Below are positions 24,538 through 36,956 of a DNA stretch of 64,000 nucleotides, piece by piece (within the stretch, counting starts at the first letter, position 1; every line of letters starts with the position of its first letter). This DNA comes from Oculina patagonica (taxonomy: Eukaryota): NCBI RefSeq assembly GCF_052425735.1, contig NC_135765.1, positions 32,674,001 to 32,738,000 on the forward strand. The letters run 5' to 3'. The notes beneath the pieces are model-generated. The model saw nothing but the letters and a program-made list of their open reading frames with translations. It searched no databases and was not told the DNA's origin. A program made the position numbers and the translations under genes.

Positions 24538-25787
24538 CGTGAATTTCACGGTTACCGTGAACAACGTGCTTTACCGTTTTCCGCGATGCCAGCCGACCGT
24601 TATATCCGCGATGCCAATCTTAAACGACGATTTTACGTTACCCAACGAATGTTTTTCACACAATGACGACAGTTTTCGCTACGTTGGGCATAAAATTGAT
24701 GTTTTGATATTGAAATGAAAAAAACAAATGCTAATACTTAGCGGATGCTCGTTTCCTTGTAGTTCACTCAGATCGGAAGGTGGCCAAAGCAAAACTAACA
24801 CCATTGAGATTATCCGTTCAATAATAAATTTATTTTTGATTATTTGTTCACGTGGTGTCGGAATAATCTATCCACAATGCAACTGAAAAGGCCAAAACAA
24901 GATCTCGTTTTTTATGGACTGGAAATCAATGAACGAATCTACAAAAGAACCGATTGGAGGACAAAGAAACGCGTATATAATTCACCTTGGGCTTTTCAGT
25001 TTCCGCCTTTTCTGCTCCGGCTAATGACGTCTTCAACGATCTTTTCAAAGGTTTGTTTTGATCTAAATTTGATCTAATGGCAAAGCTTAGTTCTTGAATC
25101 CTCACATGAATAAAGCGGGGTAACTGTACTACGTTATTTAACTGCACCAATTGTAAATACAGAATTTTTTTTTTACCGCAGTTTATGGAATAAAAAGTAG
25201 TAAGTTTTATGAACTGTACCTTGATCGATATAACAAATGTTTACTGCAAGAAGAGTTTTAACAGATTTTACAGATAGAACAGTGTGCTGATAATTGCGGC
25301 TCGAACATTTATTGGATTAATTGTATTTTTGCACTTATGGCTTTATAAACTGCAAAGTTTACTAGTCGAGGACGTTGTTTATATAAATAATTTGTTTATT
25401 CAGTTGGTTTAGATCGGCGAGATGTTCTTTCGCTCGAGATACGTTAGTTGTTTTGGGTAACTTTTTATTTTATATATTATTATTATTATTATTATTATTT
25501 GGCAGTGGGTTTTGGAGCCTTTTCCTTCCGCCGCCATCTTGTAGTAGGCGTTATAAAAAGAGCAAAAAAAATATCTTGTTGGTCGCTGGTTTTAAACTGT
25601 ACTCGTTGTGAATTTAGCAATTAATTATGTGTTTTGTGTAAACTATGTAGTTGATTATGGAATTCTGTCTGACGATATGCCGGTAGATAGTAAACCACAA
25701 AATTCAAACAATAAATTTCTTGATTCGCCTCTTTCAGAGAAAACAAAATTCATGACAAACTGTTAATTAATTAAACAATATGCAATC

Positions 25788-27333
25788 CTCTTTTAAAACA
25801 AAGAAAACCAAAAATAGAAAAAAAAGAGAATGTGTCTTCATGAATTTACGTGGGTTAAATGACAGATAACACTCTCTTGTTGCCAGTTAATGAAGAGTCT
25901 AAAATGAAAACAAACGCACAATAGACTCAACATCTGCCGTTTTCTTCCTACCAAAATTATTTCTTCACTATTGAGGCTTCTACCAATGGTTTTGCCCCGT
26001 TTTGCTGCTAGCTGAAAGTGCGAATAAAGTCAAACTATGATCGAGTGATATTTTTTTAAAGTATTTTTTCGTTGACTGTGTATGTTCATTAAACATTTTC
26101 GTGCAGTTGTGTTAACACTTATATGATTTTCTAATGAAGACTTACTGGACAATGCTAGAATACAATAGAACCGTATCGTCCCCCTCCGGTCGGGAACTCC
26201 CCTATGAAAGAGACGCGGAATAGAGGTGTAAATGACGGATTTTTGTCTCGCTTAGGGTGTTCGGGACAAAACACCAATATTTCTAGCTTTCAAGGTCTCG
26301 TTTATAGCCGCGTTGCACGTGAAGAAGTATAGGACGCCGTTATACTGTGTTGGTGGTCTACACCGCTCAGGCCTGCAACATGGTATCTTTTCACGGGATT
26401 TTTAGTCTAAACTGTTCTGAAATTAGTGGTAGGCAACTTAGCCCATAAAAAAACATTATCTCTGAACATCTTAATAAAGATATTACCTTAATTTGCGAAT
26501 AGAAATCAAGTTACGGCTATAAATATCGATTTTTTGAAGAAGCGCGAAAAGAACTTGAAATAGTAAGCCTTACTTTTTTAAGTTTCAGTCCATTTCCATC
26601 CGAGCCATTTGCAGCAAAAGATGCTCGTTAACAGTTTCAGTGCTTTAATTTAGCAATTTGTTATAAAAATGGACTATTATTTTCAGGTTTCCTGCGACAC
26701 AAATATAAATTTTGGCTGTTCAAGAATCTGGTAAAATCCGTGTCATAGTCTGTTAAAAAAAAAGCTGCTTGAGCCACACCTAGATTGGCCTCTTTTAGGG
26801 GTTTGATTGAGCATCCCCGTCCCTTGCATATGGGAATCCCCCGGGTTGACTGCTCGTTCGTATTTGGCAATTAATCTACACAATAATATTGTTTGATGTT
26901 GTACTGTTTAATCTTGTATTTCGAGAAGCCAAGCGGTGAACAATGCTCTTTTGAAACAAAGAAAAATCGTCGAAAATAAAAAAGGGCAGAGAATGTTTTC
27001 ATGAATTTGCGTGGGCTAACTCACAGCTAGCGTTTTCTTGGCAGTTAATGAAGTTAAAATGAAAACAAGCGCACAATAGACATACCATCTGCTGTTTTCT
27101 TCCACCAAAATTATTTTTTCACCCTTTTGGGGCTTGTGTACCGATGGTTTTACTGCTAAAAGTATGAATAAAGTCAAACTATGATAGAGTGATATATTTT
27201 AAATTATTTTTTGTTTAGCTGTGTTCACCAAACATTTTCGTGCTTGTGGACAGCTATTTTCTTTTCCTTTTTTCTGTTTCCTTTTCCTAATGAGGACTTC
27301 AGGACAATGCTACACTATAATACAACCGTATCG
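25788..27333 (+). repeat. Diverged ~390-bp direct repeat pair (25788-26178, 26946-27333) flanking a decayed MITE
   Basis: Shared colinear anchors CATGAATTT, GCACAATAGAC, GAATAAAGTCAAACTATGAT, GGACAATGCTA, AACCGTATCG. Confidence 0.75.
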
Positions 27334-27741
27334 CTTTTTCATTTACGATGTATTTACACGAAATTAAAGATGTCGGTTGGAAAAAGGCTATTTCGTTTGA
27401 CTGACCGGAAAATTTTTCAGGATCTACGGAAAATTTGAAATCAAACTTTAGTTTATTCATCCCGTCAGTAGCAGCATGCATCGGACAATGTGTTGTAATA
27501 TCTCAACAAAATATTTAATTCGGCAACTTGGAAAATACGCATACGCACTGACAACAAAAACTGAACAAAACAATGAATATAAAAATGAATGTAATAAGCA
27601 ACTTTTCAAACCACCTGGCTATATTCGCCCAAAAATATAAAATGTTGGCATATCCGCTGCAACATACCTGACGACAATAAAGTTTCAACTACAACTATGT
27701 AAATTAAAAGCTAACATAACATTTATCTGTTATTTTATTTG

Positions 27742-28510
27742 TGTTACAGGCGATACCGAACCGGGAAGTGGAACAACGAAAGGAATGATGTCGACCCGTT
27801 ACAGACCTGACGTTCAAGAACGCACGAACAAAAATTGAAACTCACACGTGCTAGTTGGCCCGGCCGCATGGATCTCAGAGGTGAGACAAGTAGGCCCGTC
27901 GCCGCCCACAGTGCGACAGGTAAGACGGGAAGCGGGTGATCAGTTTGTCCGTAGTTCGCACGTGTCGGCCGCAAGCGGCGGCGGGACCGGTTCCCGTGCC
28001 GAACAGACTTGCGAATAACAGCGCAGGGACAGCAGCAGAAGGAGGACCGCTCACCGGGCCGCAATCGTTCAGAACGGAACTGAAAATGTTTTTGTCTTTT
28101 TTTTCCCCATTGTGAATAAATAATTGTTAAAATTTATGTATACCTGAGACGTTTTTTTTCCGTGTTCGATCGTTGTCACTTCTAGTGGTGTATAGTTGAA
28201 GGGAACGGGAGTAGGAGCTCAGTTTCGTTCTCTTTTCCGCTCCATTGTTCTGAGGGCAGTTTGCTGGACTATTTTTATATAGAGTATTTTAACCACAGGA
28301 ACGGGAAGTGTAGTTGTGTTGCGGTTTTGCGTAGAATAAAATATAGTGCTATTCACTTCTGCTCACAGCGAAGAGGGACGCCAGGACTACCGAGGACTAT
28401 GGCCTATGTTCGATGTGTTTATGAGTCGTGGGACTAGGGGCAGACCAGGGGGGTACTCGGATAAGTGAGGAAGACCTTGTCGGGTTGGGCGGGGTCTTCG
28501 CACGTTACGC
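27742..28510 (+). mobile_element. Possible LTR-retrotransposon LTR fragment
   Basis: Abrupt GC-rich block starting TGTTACA with internal AATAAA. No partner LTR or TSD found; right boundary uncertain. Confidence 0.25.
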
Positions 28511-28977
28511 GTAGTTCGACCAATCCCTGGACCGCCCTTCCCGGTTTTCCTCCTTTCACCTACTGCCTCTCCTCCGCCCTTCGGGGTGATGTTTCGTTCC
28601 CTCCTACTAGTTTTTATTGCAGTTTTTATTAGTTGAGTAAAATGTACGATATATTTATGCGGAGTAGTTGTGGGGTGTTGGTGGGGTGGTACGGATGCGA
28701 AGTTGAGACGTTGATCTTCGGTGCGTTGGTTCGAAGAGCCCGCGTTGAGTATCGCAGGGTTGTCGATTTAGTTTTGACTTTTTTGTTTTGCGGTTGACGT
28801 TTTGTCCATTTAAAAAAGGGTTTTTTCTCAATTAGCGTTGTATTGTTACTTTGTTCCAACTGTCCCGGTTCGAGTATTCGCACTGTAAGGAAGCTTACAA
28901 TAGTTAAGACCTTCCCATCTTTGACACTCCAGTACAGCTAGCCCGATGATTTGGCTGAAAAAAATGCGTTAACTAGA

Positions 28978-29306
28978 GGTGTTTACCATTTGCCGGAATA
29001 GACTGGTTAGGATGACCGTTGAATAATGGTAATTGTGTTTTCCCAGAATCAGCAAACCGACCTAAAGAGATAGCGCTTACCATTTATAATTCAGTTTCCG
29101 GTTATTTTTTTTCCCTTGTTGGGGGACTGAAAACGGGAGAAATGAACAAATGGTACAGAATTTTCCAACAGTTCGTACCAACGGGACGAAAGGACTATCT
29201 CAAAACGTATTCACAATTTTCGAACGGATTTTACGGAAAATTACTGGTTCCATTTTCTTTCCAACCTGAAATTTTTCGGGAGTTTTAGCTAAATGGTAAA
29301 ATCACC
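28978..29306. mobile_element. Harbinger-like MITE
   Basis: Imperfect TIR GGTGTTTACCATTT / AAATGGTAAAATCACC. Confidence 0.55.
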
Positions 29307-29859
29307 AGTCAAGTATTTATCAGTTAACAGAGACAGATCTAAATGTCGTTAGAATGCATTACTATGGCAACGTCAACGTCAACACTAATCGGCAAAAGAA
29401 ACATTTTTCGAATTTTTTTGTCTAATTGGCAAAGGAATCAACTCTAGGTAGGTTTCAGAGCCACCTTAAATTATGAAACAATAACATAACTCTAGACCCC
29501 CTACTCGACAGATTTTTTTTTTAAACTTGTGAAAGTGTATCTTTTGCTGATTAGACAAATCTTTTAAAAATAAAAAAATTTCCTTCAAGTGATTAGCAAA
29601 AAACATTTCTAATTGGTTTCTTTAACCTCTTTATTACATAGATAACCAAAAATTTTGACGTCAAAGCAACTTCAAATTTTCGTCGGTAAAACCTATCACA
29701 ACTTGTACTAAACGTTATTTCTCAGCGTTAGTGAGCTGCAATAGAATGCCAAAAACGGAAATATTTTTAAAAACCATTACAAACAACCTTTCAAGTGAAA
29801 AATAAGTTATCGTTCATGCAAATCAATAAAAACCTAGAATTTTTAAATTCGGCTGCAAA

Positions 29860-31569
29860 TTATAAAAAGTCGCGAGCAGTTTTGTCATCTCCCGGGTTTT
29901 TCTCATTCGTCGAGATTCTTTTAGCGATGAGTTCCCAGCCAGGGGCCCTGAAACCATAAGACAGTCCATCTTTGGCTAGAGGGTCGTAATAAAGGTCTTC
30001 CAATATTCCAATTCTCTTATAGAAGCAAGGCATCATCCCGTTATCTTTACTGGCCTGAAAAACTAACTGTTCCCCTATATACGTCATCACGATCTCTAAT
30101 GGGTTGCTCGAGTTTGTAGACTGCAGTCGTAATACATTTCCATCGGTTGCTACGGTAACCAATCTGGAGGTTGTTTCTCTTGAAAAGGAGACAGTTTCGT
30201 TTACGAGGAATTGACCCGTGAACGGGGTTGGGTCGATTGGGAACTTTGCTCGTTTCTGTTCTTCAGTAAGAATAGAGTTCAGTTCTGGTAGCAGTAGCTG
30301 GTAGGCTAGTTCGCCCATAGAGAAGGCTAGGTCGGGTGTGCCTGACTCTAAAAAGGGATTGGCGCTGACGAGTAGATTAACACCTAGTTGGACCTCTGGG
30401 ACCACACTGAAATAAGCAAGGTAACTGTCCATGTAGCCTAGTTTCCCACGAACAAGGATTCCTTCTTTGAGGGAAAGCATTTCAAATGGGGACCCCCACA
30501 CGGTGTAGCCGTCAGGTGCGATTTCCACAGGTGTCATCATCTCACGCAGAGTTGCAGGTTTGAAAAGACTCTGTTTGCCTGGTTGGGCGAGCAACATTCC
30601 CAGCTTGGCTAAGTCGGTGATCGTTGAGTACATCTGCCCCGCAGGGGCGAGCCATCCGACATCCATAAACGGCATCCTCTTGCCATCTTTAGCGTAAGGA
30701 AATGCCATGTTCTGTTGCACATCTGTGCTTATATTAAACCCGGTGTTCTTCATTCCTAGCGGCTTGAGTATGTTCTCGGTTGTCCAGCTTTCAAAGGTCT
30801 GGTTAAGAAGGTTTTCGGTGAGGAGTCTTCCTAACAACGCGTAACCAAGGTTACTGTAAGATGGCACCGTCCATGGGGGAACCACAAGAGTTCTGTTTCT
30901 TAGCAAAGCTATCTGCTCGGCTGAGGTGGTGTTGCAGCTGAAAAAACAAGGCGCTTCACGTGGTAGCCCTGACATCTGACTTGCAATCTGTCGAAGTGTG
31001 ATGGATTCACCAGTATACGGGTTCTTGATGTCGAAGCCGGGAGCATATTTGCTCAGAGGGTCGTCAATCGAAGATATCTTCCCTTCCTCGTACAGCTTGT
31101 ACATCATAAGCACGGGGAATATTTTCGAGACACTTCCGATCCTGTACACCGTGTTGTCATCTGGTACGCTCTGTGTTTGATTATACACTTTGTTTCCAAC
31201 ATGGCCGCTCCAAAGAACTTCGTCTTGATAGAAGACGTTCATTGAGATCGCTGGGAGCGAGTGTTCTTTATCAACCAGGGATTTAACCTTATCGTCGAGT
31301 TGCTCAAAGATCTCCTTTATCTTGCTCGGCAAGGGTTTTGGTAGAGGTAGCATCGGTGGTAATCGAGGACAAGGCTTTGTGAGGACGCTGCTTCTTGTAG
31401 CCGGTTCCGTCCTCGTGTTTATACTCTCGCTGTGATGAAAATGTTGCCAAATAACCAGACCAGCCAAACAGATGGCAATAATCGACGCAACAAGAGCAAG
31501 GATCTTCCATATTCTCAGCGAACGAAGGATAGCTCGGTCTTCAGACACGGGTTTTTGCGGTTTATCCAT
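29860..31569 (-). CDS. Serine beta-lactamase-like protein (LACTBL1-like, peptidase S12 fold) with N-terminal membrane anchor, 569 aa, single exon
   Basis: Catalytic SxxK (RIGSVSK), YxN (YSNLGY), ITLRQIASQMSGLP, ILKPLGMKNT, PAGQMYSTITDLAK; hydrophobic segment ILALVASIIAICLAGLVIW. Confidence 0.92.
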   Translation of the reverse strand: MDKPQKPVSEDRAILRSLRIWKILALVASIIAICLAGLVIWQHFHHSESINTRTEPATRSSVLTKPCPRLPPMLPLPKPLPSKIKEIFEQLDDKVKSLVDKEHSLPAISMNVFYQDEVLWSGHVGNKVYNQTQSVPDDNTVYRIGSVSKIFPVLMMYKLYEEGKISSIDDPLSKYAPGFDIKNPYTGESITLRQIASQMSGLPREAPCFFSCNTTSAEQIALLRNRTLVVPPWTVPSYSNLGYALLGRLLTENLLNQTFESWTTENILKPLGMKNTGFNISTDVQQNMAFPYAKDGKRMPFMDVGWLAPAGQMYSTITDLAKLGMLLAQPGKQSLFKPATLREMMTPVEIAPDGYTVWGSPFEMLSLKEGILVRGKLGYMDSYLAYFSVVPEVQLGVNLLVSANPFLESGTPDLAFSMGELAYQLLLPELNSILTEEQKRAKFPIDPTPFTGQFLVNETVSFSRETTSRLVTVATDGNVLRLQSTNSSNPLEIVMTYIGEQLVFQASKDNGMMPCFYKRIGILEDLYYDPLAKDGLSYGFRAPGWELIAKRISTNEKNPGDDKTARDFL

Positions 31570-31928
31570 GTTTGAAACTCCACAACGCCGCTATTTGGAT
31601 TTCGTGACTTGTCAGTTTCAGACGGTTGCTCAAGTTACGGATTAACCTGTTATTTGGCCAGCTGGTGCAATATGCAAATTTATTAAATTTGTCTTTGTCA
31701 CGCAACGGGATTGTAGCCAAAAAAGAGGCTAGCTTAAGATTTCAGTTCAAAACTCACACATTTTAGCTCAAGAATTGTATAACGTCAAATTTCGTTACAT
31801 ACACAAAATTACACAAATTTCGTAACATGTTAATATAAACAAGCGTTTTAATAAGTTTTCCCAAATAAGGGCCCTATTTGTTGTTACCTTTATCATAATA
31901 CAAAGCACCATGTATGTTCCCCACATCC

Positions 31929-32444
31929 TAGGGCTTTCCACAAGTTGCTCGAAATGTTTGAAAAAGGTGCTCAAAAGTTGCTCCAAAAATTAATAAAAAG
32001 TTGCTTTTGATTAAAAAAGTTGCTCCCAAAGATCCAAAACGCTGCTTTTTATCAAGGAAATTTCTCCAAATTTCATGTAATTTCCCTGCAAGAGAAGTAT
32101 CTAAATAACATTTTTAGGCAAAAATTTGTTAAATTAGAAGGATTTCCTTCACTGAGAAAAATCATGAAGTATCGATGACGTCATGTTCGCTGACTAATGT
32201 TGTAATGAAAAGTCGAAACGTCTTCGGATGTTTCACGAAAATCTTCGGCAAACTTCGTTAATCTCCGGAAACGTTCGCATGGCCTTTGGACAACACTCGG
32301 ACAATCTTCGTAGATCTTCGGTCTAGAAATTGCTCAAAATGCAACAAGTTGCTCCAAAGGAAAAAAAGGTGCTTGAAGGTGAAAAAGTTGTTCAAAATAT
32401 GAAAAGTTGCCAAAAAGTTGCCGAGCAACTTGTGCAAAGCCCTA
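31929..32444. mobile_element. hAT-like MITE
   Basis: TAGGGCTTT...AAAGCCCTA TIR; 8-bp TSD CCACATCC. Confidence 0.85.
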
Positions 32445-32777
32445 CCACATCCCAATATTGGCGATCGGATCACCGATTTTGAAATGATCGAGGAAAATGT
32501 GTTTCCCCGGCTCGATTTCTGACACTCTTTCGTGTCGGTTTTTCCTAGCTTTCTCTACGAGAAGAGAGTGCGGACACATTTCCCCAAAGAGCGTGAGATT
32601 TCTAGCTTGATTTATTTTTCAGTGATGTTAACAAGCGCCGTATTCCTTTAGCTCGCCGTATCGCTTTACTCGCGGAATCGCTCTTTGCATCTCGCGCGTG
32701 TGACCGAAGTTGAGCCTGCTCGCAGGCTATTTATAGCTGCCAAAATTGGGCGTTTAGTTGAATCATAGCACCGGTAC

Positions 32778-32962
32778 CTGACTCGTTCCCAGTCGTCTTA
32801 GTACATTGCACGGCCCGAGGTGAAAAGCAAGACCGCGTTGTGGGGGAGCAAGGGAGGGATGATGTGTGGGTGTTCCTTCCCATCAACCCTTGCACCTCGT
32901 ACTTTTAATCTCTAGCTGACCGGTCCTCGCGCGCTTTATGAAGACGACTGGGGACGAATCAG
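32778..32962. mobile_element. Small MITE
   Basis: CTGACTCGTTCCCAGTCGTCTT ... AAGACGACTGGGGACGAATCAG inverted ends. Confidence 0.6.
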
Positions 32963-33278
32963 TAGCGGTACCATATTTTAATTGCTTGCCCAAAAGAAGT
33001 TTCAAAGTAAAAAACAAAAGAGTTCGAGCAAAATTGAAAATTGCTTCTATGGCATTTTAACAAAAAAACAATTATAAAATTACCATTTCGACACGGTGTC
33101 GACTTATTAGACAAAGCAATATAAGCGCCATAAAAAAAAATACAAATATACAAGTAAGCACCTAACGAAATAGCTAACAAGATCGATCTATTTCTCGTTA
33201 TTTTTACGTATTACTGCAGTAAGTCCAGCGAAAGGCGTTGGGGAAGCTAAGGTAACATTCAGATTTATTCTTCAGCTT

Positions 33279-35714
33279 TCATATTTGATTCATACTGATC
33301 TCTTCAACAGTGATTCTAGGATTCAAATCAACTTTTATAAATGGCACTTTCGGTGCCCTCTGATGTCCGGCGCAGTCCTCTACCCACAATTCCACTGCTA
33401 CTTGTCCAGCGGGGAGTGCGCAGTAGCCTTCTAGTCTCACGTGACGGTACTCCATTCCAGCGAATGCCTTGTTGCCTTGTAGCCTGGCCTCTATGTTGGC
33501 AGTCTGACACTCGAGGCCGTCAAATGAGAAAAACCACCGCTTGCAACAGGAGTTACAGAAGCCAACGCGCATGCTCCCTTCGAAGGTCACGTGTAAGACA
33601 CTTCTTTCGCTTTGTTTGTTGAAAATACACTCCTGAAAAAAAAGGCGGGAAAATTAAGCGACGGACCAGTATTTTTTGGAGGGGATGACAAAATAAATTG
33701 TTTGCAAACACGATATGTATAACAAAACATAGGTGGAATTTCGAATTTTTATACCCCACCCCCTCCAAGAAAGTAATGGTCCGTCCCTAAGCGTGGTTTT
33801 CATTTGTGACGCGCAACATTTTAATCTTGTGCTTGCGTTTCTTGCTATTTTTATTGACCTTCGCGTTTGCACTTAGTTTACGTCGCTTTTAAAAACGAAG
33901 CTTCACGTTAAATCGATGTAGCCATACGTAGATGCGATTAATCGTTACAGAAGACTTGCCAAACTCTATATATAACGCATTACTTATCTAGAACTGATGT
34001 AGACTGTACAAGAAATTCAGATCAGATTGTGGGAGATAGAACAGGAGAAATACACGCGCAAAAGGGTAGCGTTGACTTCACTCCTTATTCTTTATTTCAT
34101 TTTTCTCGCTTTTACGTTATTGTTGGAGGGGTGGTGGCCAAAAGGTTAGCGCGTTGAACTCCCGATAGAGCAGTTTGGGTTTAAGCCCTAGCTGCGGTAA
34201 CTACGTTGTGTCTTTGGGTAAGAGACTACTCTCGCAGTGCCTCTCCTCCACCCGATATCACCGAAAACATTATTTTTGTTCTTCACGGGAAACATGGCAA
34301 AATGCTGGGGAGGGGGGAAGGAGAGGGTTACTTGCGATGAACAAGCATCCCGTCCAGAGGAGTACCAACACTCCTAGTCGCTTAATGCTACAGAAACTGC
34401 AGTTAAGCGCTAGTGCTGATGAGCCATCAGGCTCCTAATATCCTTAGTACTGAGACGTAGATTACTGTGTGGTAACCTGGGTTTACGAAAACTAACCTTC
34501 AGCAATCCGTATTGTTGTAGAGGATCATGTTTCCATGAACACGTTTTCCAGCTTAGTATGGACCCGGAGGTTCCTGGCTGCCCTTTAGACCCCTGGACAC
34601 CGGGGAATCCCCGGGTCCCCTTAAATCCCTTCACTCCCACGACCCCCCGAGCTCCCGGATTTCCTTTGGGTCCATTCCGTCCTGCGGTTCCTTTGGGTCC
34701 AGCTACTCCCGGTAAACCTGTGGAAAAGCACAACATTGTTACTTTTTTCAAGTTTCTACGTAGAAACTGTTGTTTTTTTCTACGAATGAAAGTAGGAACC
34801 ATATGAACCAAGGCTTTAAACTGTATCAGGTTGGTGCTAGAAAGAAGAGTACAATAAGGAGCCTAAAGGGCATTATCACGAGCATGCCTTCGTAGAGGGT
34901 CCTGAAAGGGAGGGGGGTGGGGGGATTATCACTGCAAGTTGAAATACTGGCCATTAAAAAGCCTGCCTATCTTCATTTCCTTCGAACTAGCCTTGCAATG
35001 TAACTTGTGGATTCACTATATATCTTCCCCTTGGTGTTCTTGTTAGATGTCGTGTACGAGCGGAGCTACTTTCACAATTTTAGCACCGTTTTGACCAACA
35101 ATTCCAGTGCAATTTATAATACCTGGCTGGCCTTTCCTCCCTTTTGATCCATGAAGAGGAAAAGGCTCCACGATGTAACTAGATCCCTTGGGTCCTCTCT
35201 CGCCTCTAATTCCCTTGTTTCCGGCTACGCCTGTTGGCCCTGTAACCCCGGGGGGTCCAATTACCCCAGGGGATCCGATAAAGTCTTGTTTACATTTGGT
35301 TTCTACCTGAAAAATAAAATAGAAAGAATGAAATGAAATGAAATCAAAAAAACTGCCAGAGTTATCATAGTATTGCAGTTTACTAGGACTGTCAATTTTC
35401 CTTTTGGATTGTTGGGACTGAAACAAAAAACATGAGAGAGAGCAGCCACTCTCAAAAACAAACAAACAAACAAACAAAACCGATGGAAAGTAGGTTTTGT
35501 GGCGAACACGAAGCTCATTTGTTTCGCTTTTTTGAGGCAAAGACTCAACGCCAACATCCTGAAGCGTGAAATATAAAATGTGAAGAGAAAACCCTCAGAA
35601 ATAAAGTTATAATCTTGCCTGTTCACAGAGTAGTCTTCCCCAATGGATTGTGCGTTGCGGTTCCACCTCTTGGTAAAAGGCTAACAATATAATAAATCCT
35701 AAAATGCGTGTCAT
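33279..35714 (-). CDS. CTHRC1: CTHRC1-like collagen triple helix repeat protein, paralogue A (284 aa, 4 coding exons)
   Basis: Exons 35714-35619 (signal peptide, GC donor), 35306-35123, 34717-34497, 33632-33279; total 855 nt in frame. Gly-X-Y domain, WKTCSW, ECIFNK, CNSCCKRWFFSFDGLEC, LEGYC, RITVEEI match the CTHRC1 C-terminal domain. Family member; 1:1 orthology not shown. Confidence 0.85.
34123..34435 (+). mobile_element. tRNA-derived SINE in a CTHRC1-like intron
   Basis: Degenerate A/B boxes (GGTGGCCAAAAGGTTAGCG, GGGTTTAAGCCC), GTTGTGTCTTTGGGTAAGA core and a 3' stem-loop tail. Confidence 0.65.
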
Positions 35715-36465
35715 TGCGTGGATAGTGGTCAAACTGCGAAAATATTAATAAACGCAATCAGTGGTTTATTTGATAGTCACGGAGATTACAGCGAAATTGC
35801 AAAGAAACGTTCCTTTCTCTACAATTACAAGGAAAATTGACCTGTGGCGCGCTGTAAGATAACACGCGGGACTCCAATCTGTATCACGCGCGTGGGTGGT
35901 GTACGCGCGTGTAGAACACAAGCACGCGAGACTGCGTGTACTGGTGTCATTTGCTAGGCCATGTTACTCCTATTGCAGCGCCAGAGAGAACCTTTTAGAC
36001 CTTTACGATTGCAAAAGGCAAGAGGAATTATGACAATGAATGAAACAATATAAATGAAAAAAGACCTAGATCAATGTATTTGATTATCGAAGATAGCGGA
36101 TACAATACAATGCTTATAATTTAGAGCTCAAAGCAAGATGCATCCCCGATGCATCCAATGGCGAAACTACCGGCCAGATTAACGACTGTTGTAAATTCAG
36201 TTTCAATGTAATGTATAGACACTTACCCGTTCAGGTTTTCTCCTGTAAAAATGTTGATTATCTGAATGGAATTTGAAAATCACGGCGCATCTTTCGTGTC
36301 GAGCAGTGAGCCGCTTTGTTGACGCGAATATCATGTGTCTGTATTTTCTGGATCGAGTTAATCATTTGTTATTTGAACCTTAATCCGTACTAATTATTTT
36401 TAGGCCTTAAGCACTTCCTGTTACAATCACGAAATCAAGAGCCCAGGAGGGGAAGGGAGTGAGTG

Positions 36466-36956
36466 TAGGCTTTTATAGATTGTGCTCCTAAAAGTGGCAT
36501 ATTATGCTACTAGCAGTGCTCAAAATTTTGCCAATTTGCAAAAATTATGCCAGAATTTCCAATTATGCTTCTGATTTCCGAAATTATGCTCAAAAATGAC
36601 GTAGATTCTATACATAGAGGTGCGCAATAACGACACCAAATTATGATGTTTTTTAAATAAACTGTTGTTGTAAATTTATTTGTGTTTATGGCAGTTTATC
36701 ACGGCCGTCAGCTGTCCAAATTAGCTGCTCGCATCTCTAAACCGTTTGTATAGCTAAAACACGCATTGCAAGAACAAACTACCTAAATTTCATTTATTTC
36801 TGTAGAAAGTACACCATATTTACTACATTTTATGAATTTATGCTCCAAAAAGTGCTAAAAATTGCTAATTATGCCGTGGCAGTGCTCGTTTCACAAATTA
36901 TGCTTTTTAGCTCCACTTATGCCAAAAATTATGCCAGCACAATCTATAAAAGCCTA
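36466..36956. mobile_element. hAT-like MITE
   Basis: TAGGCTTTTATAGATTGTGCT / AGCACAATCTATAAAAGCCTA; 8-bp TSD AGTGAGTG. Confidence 0.88.

Noticed and set aside
29860-31569. Bacterial contamination or recent horizontal transfer of a beta-lactamase
   Set aside because: Embedded among spliced genes and animal repeats; animals have native LACTBL1-like genes; no operon context.
34413-34435. Hammerhead at CTGATGAGCCATCAGGCTC
   Set aside because: No GAAA after stem II; it is the SINE 3' stem-loop.
36227-36334. ATG exon as N-terminus of CTHRC1-like A
   Set aside because: No signal peptide or W-x4-C motif; 35714-35619 fits better. Possibly a UTR exon.
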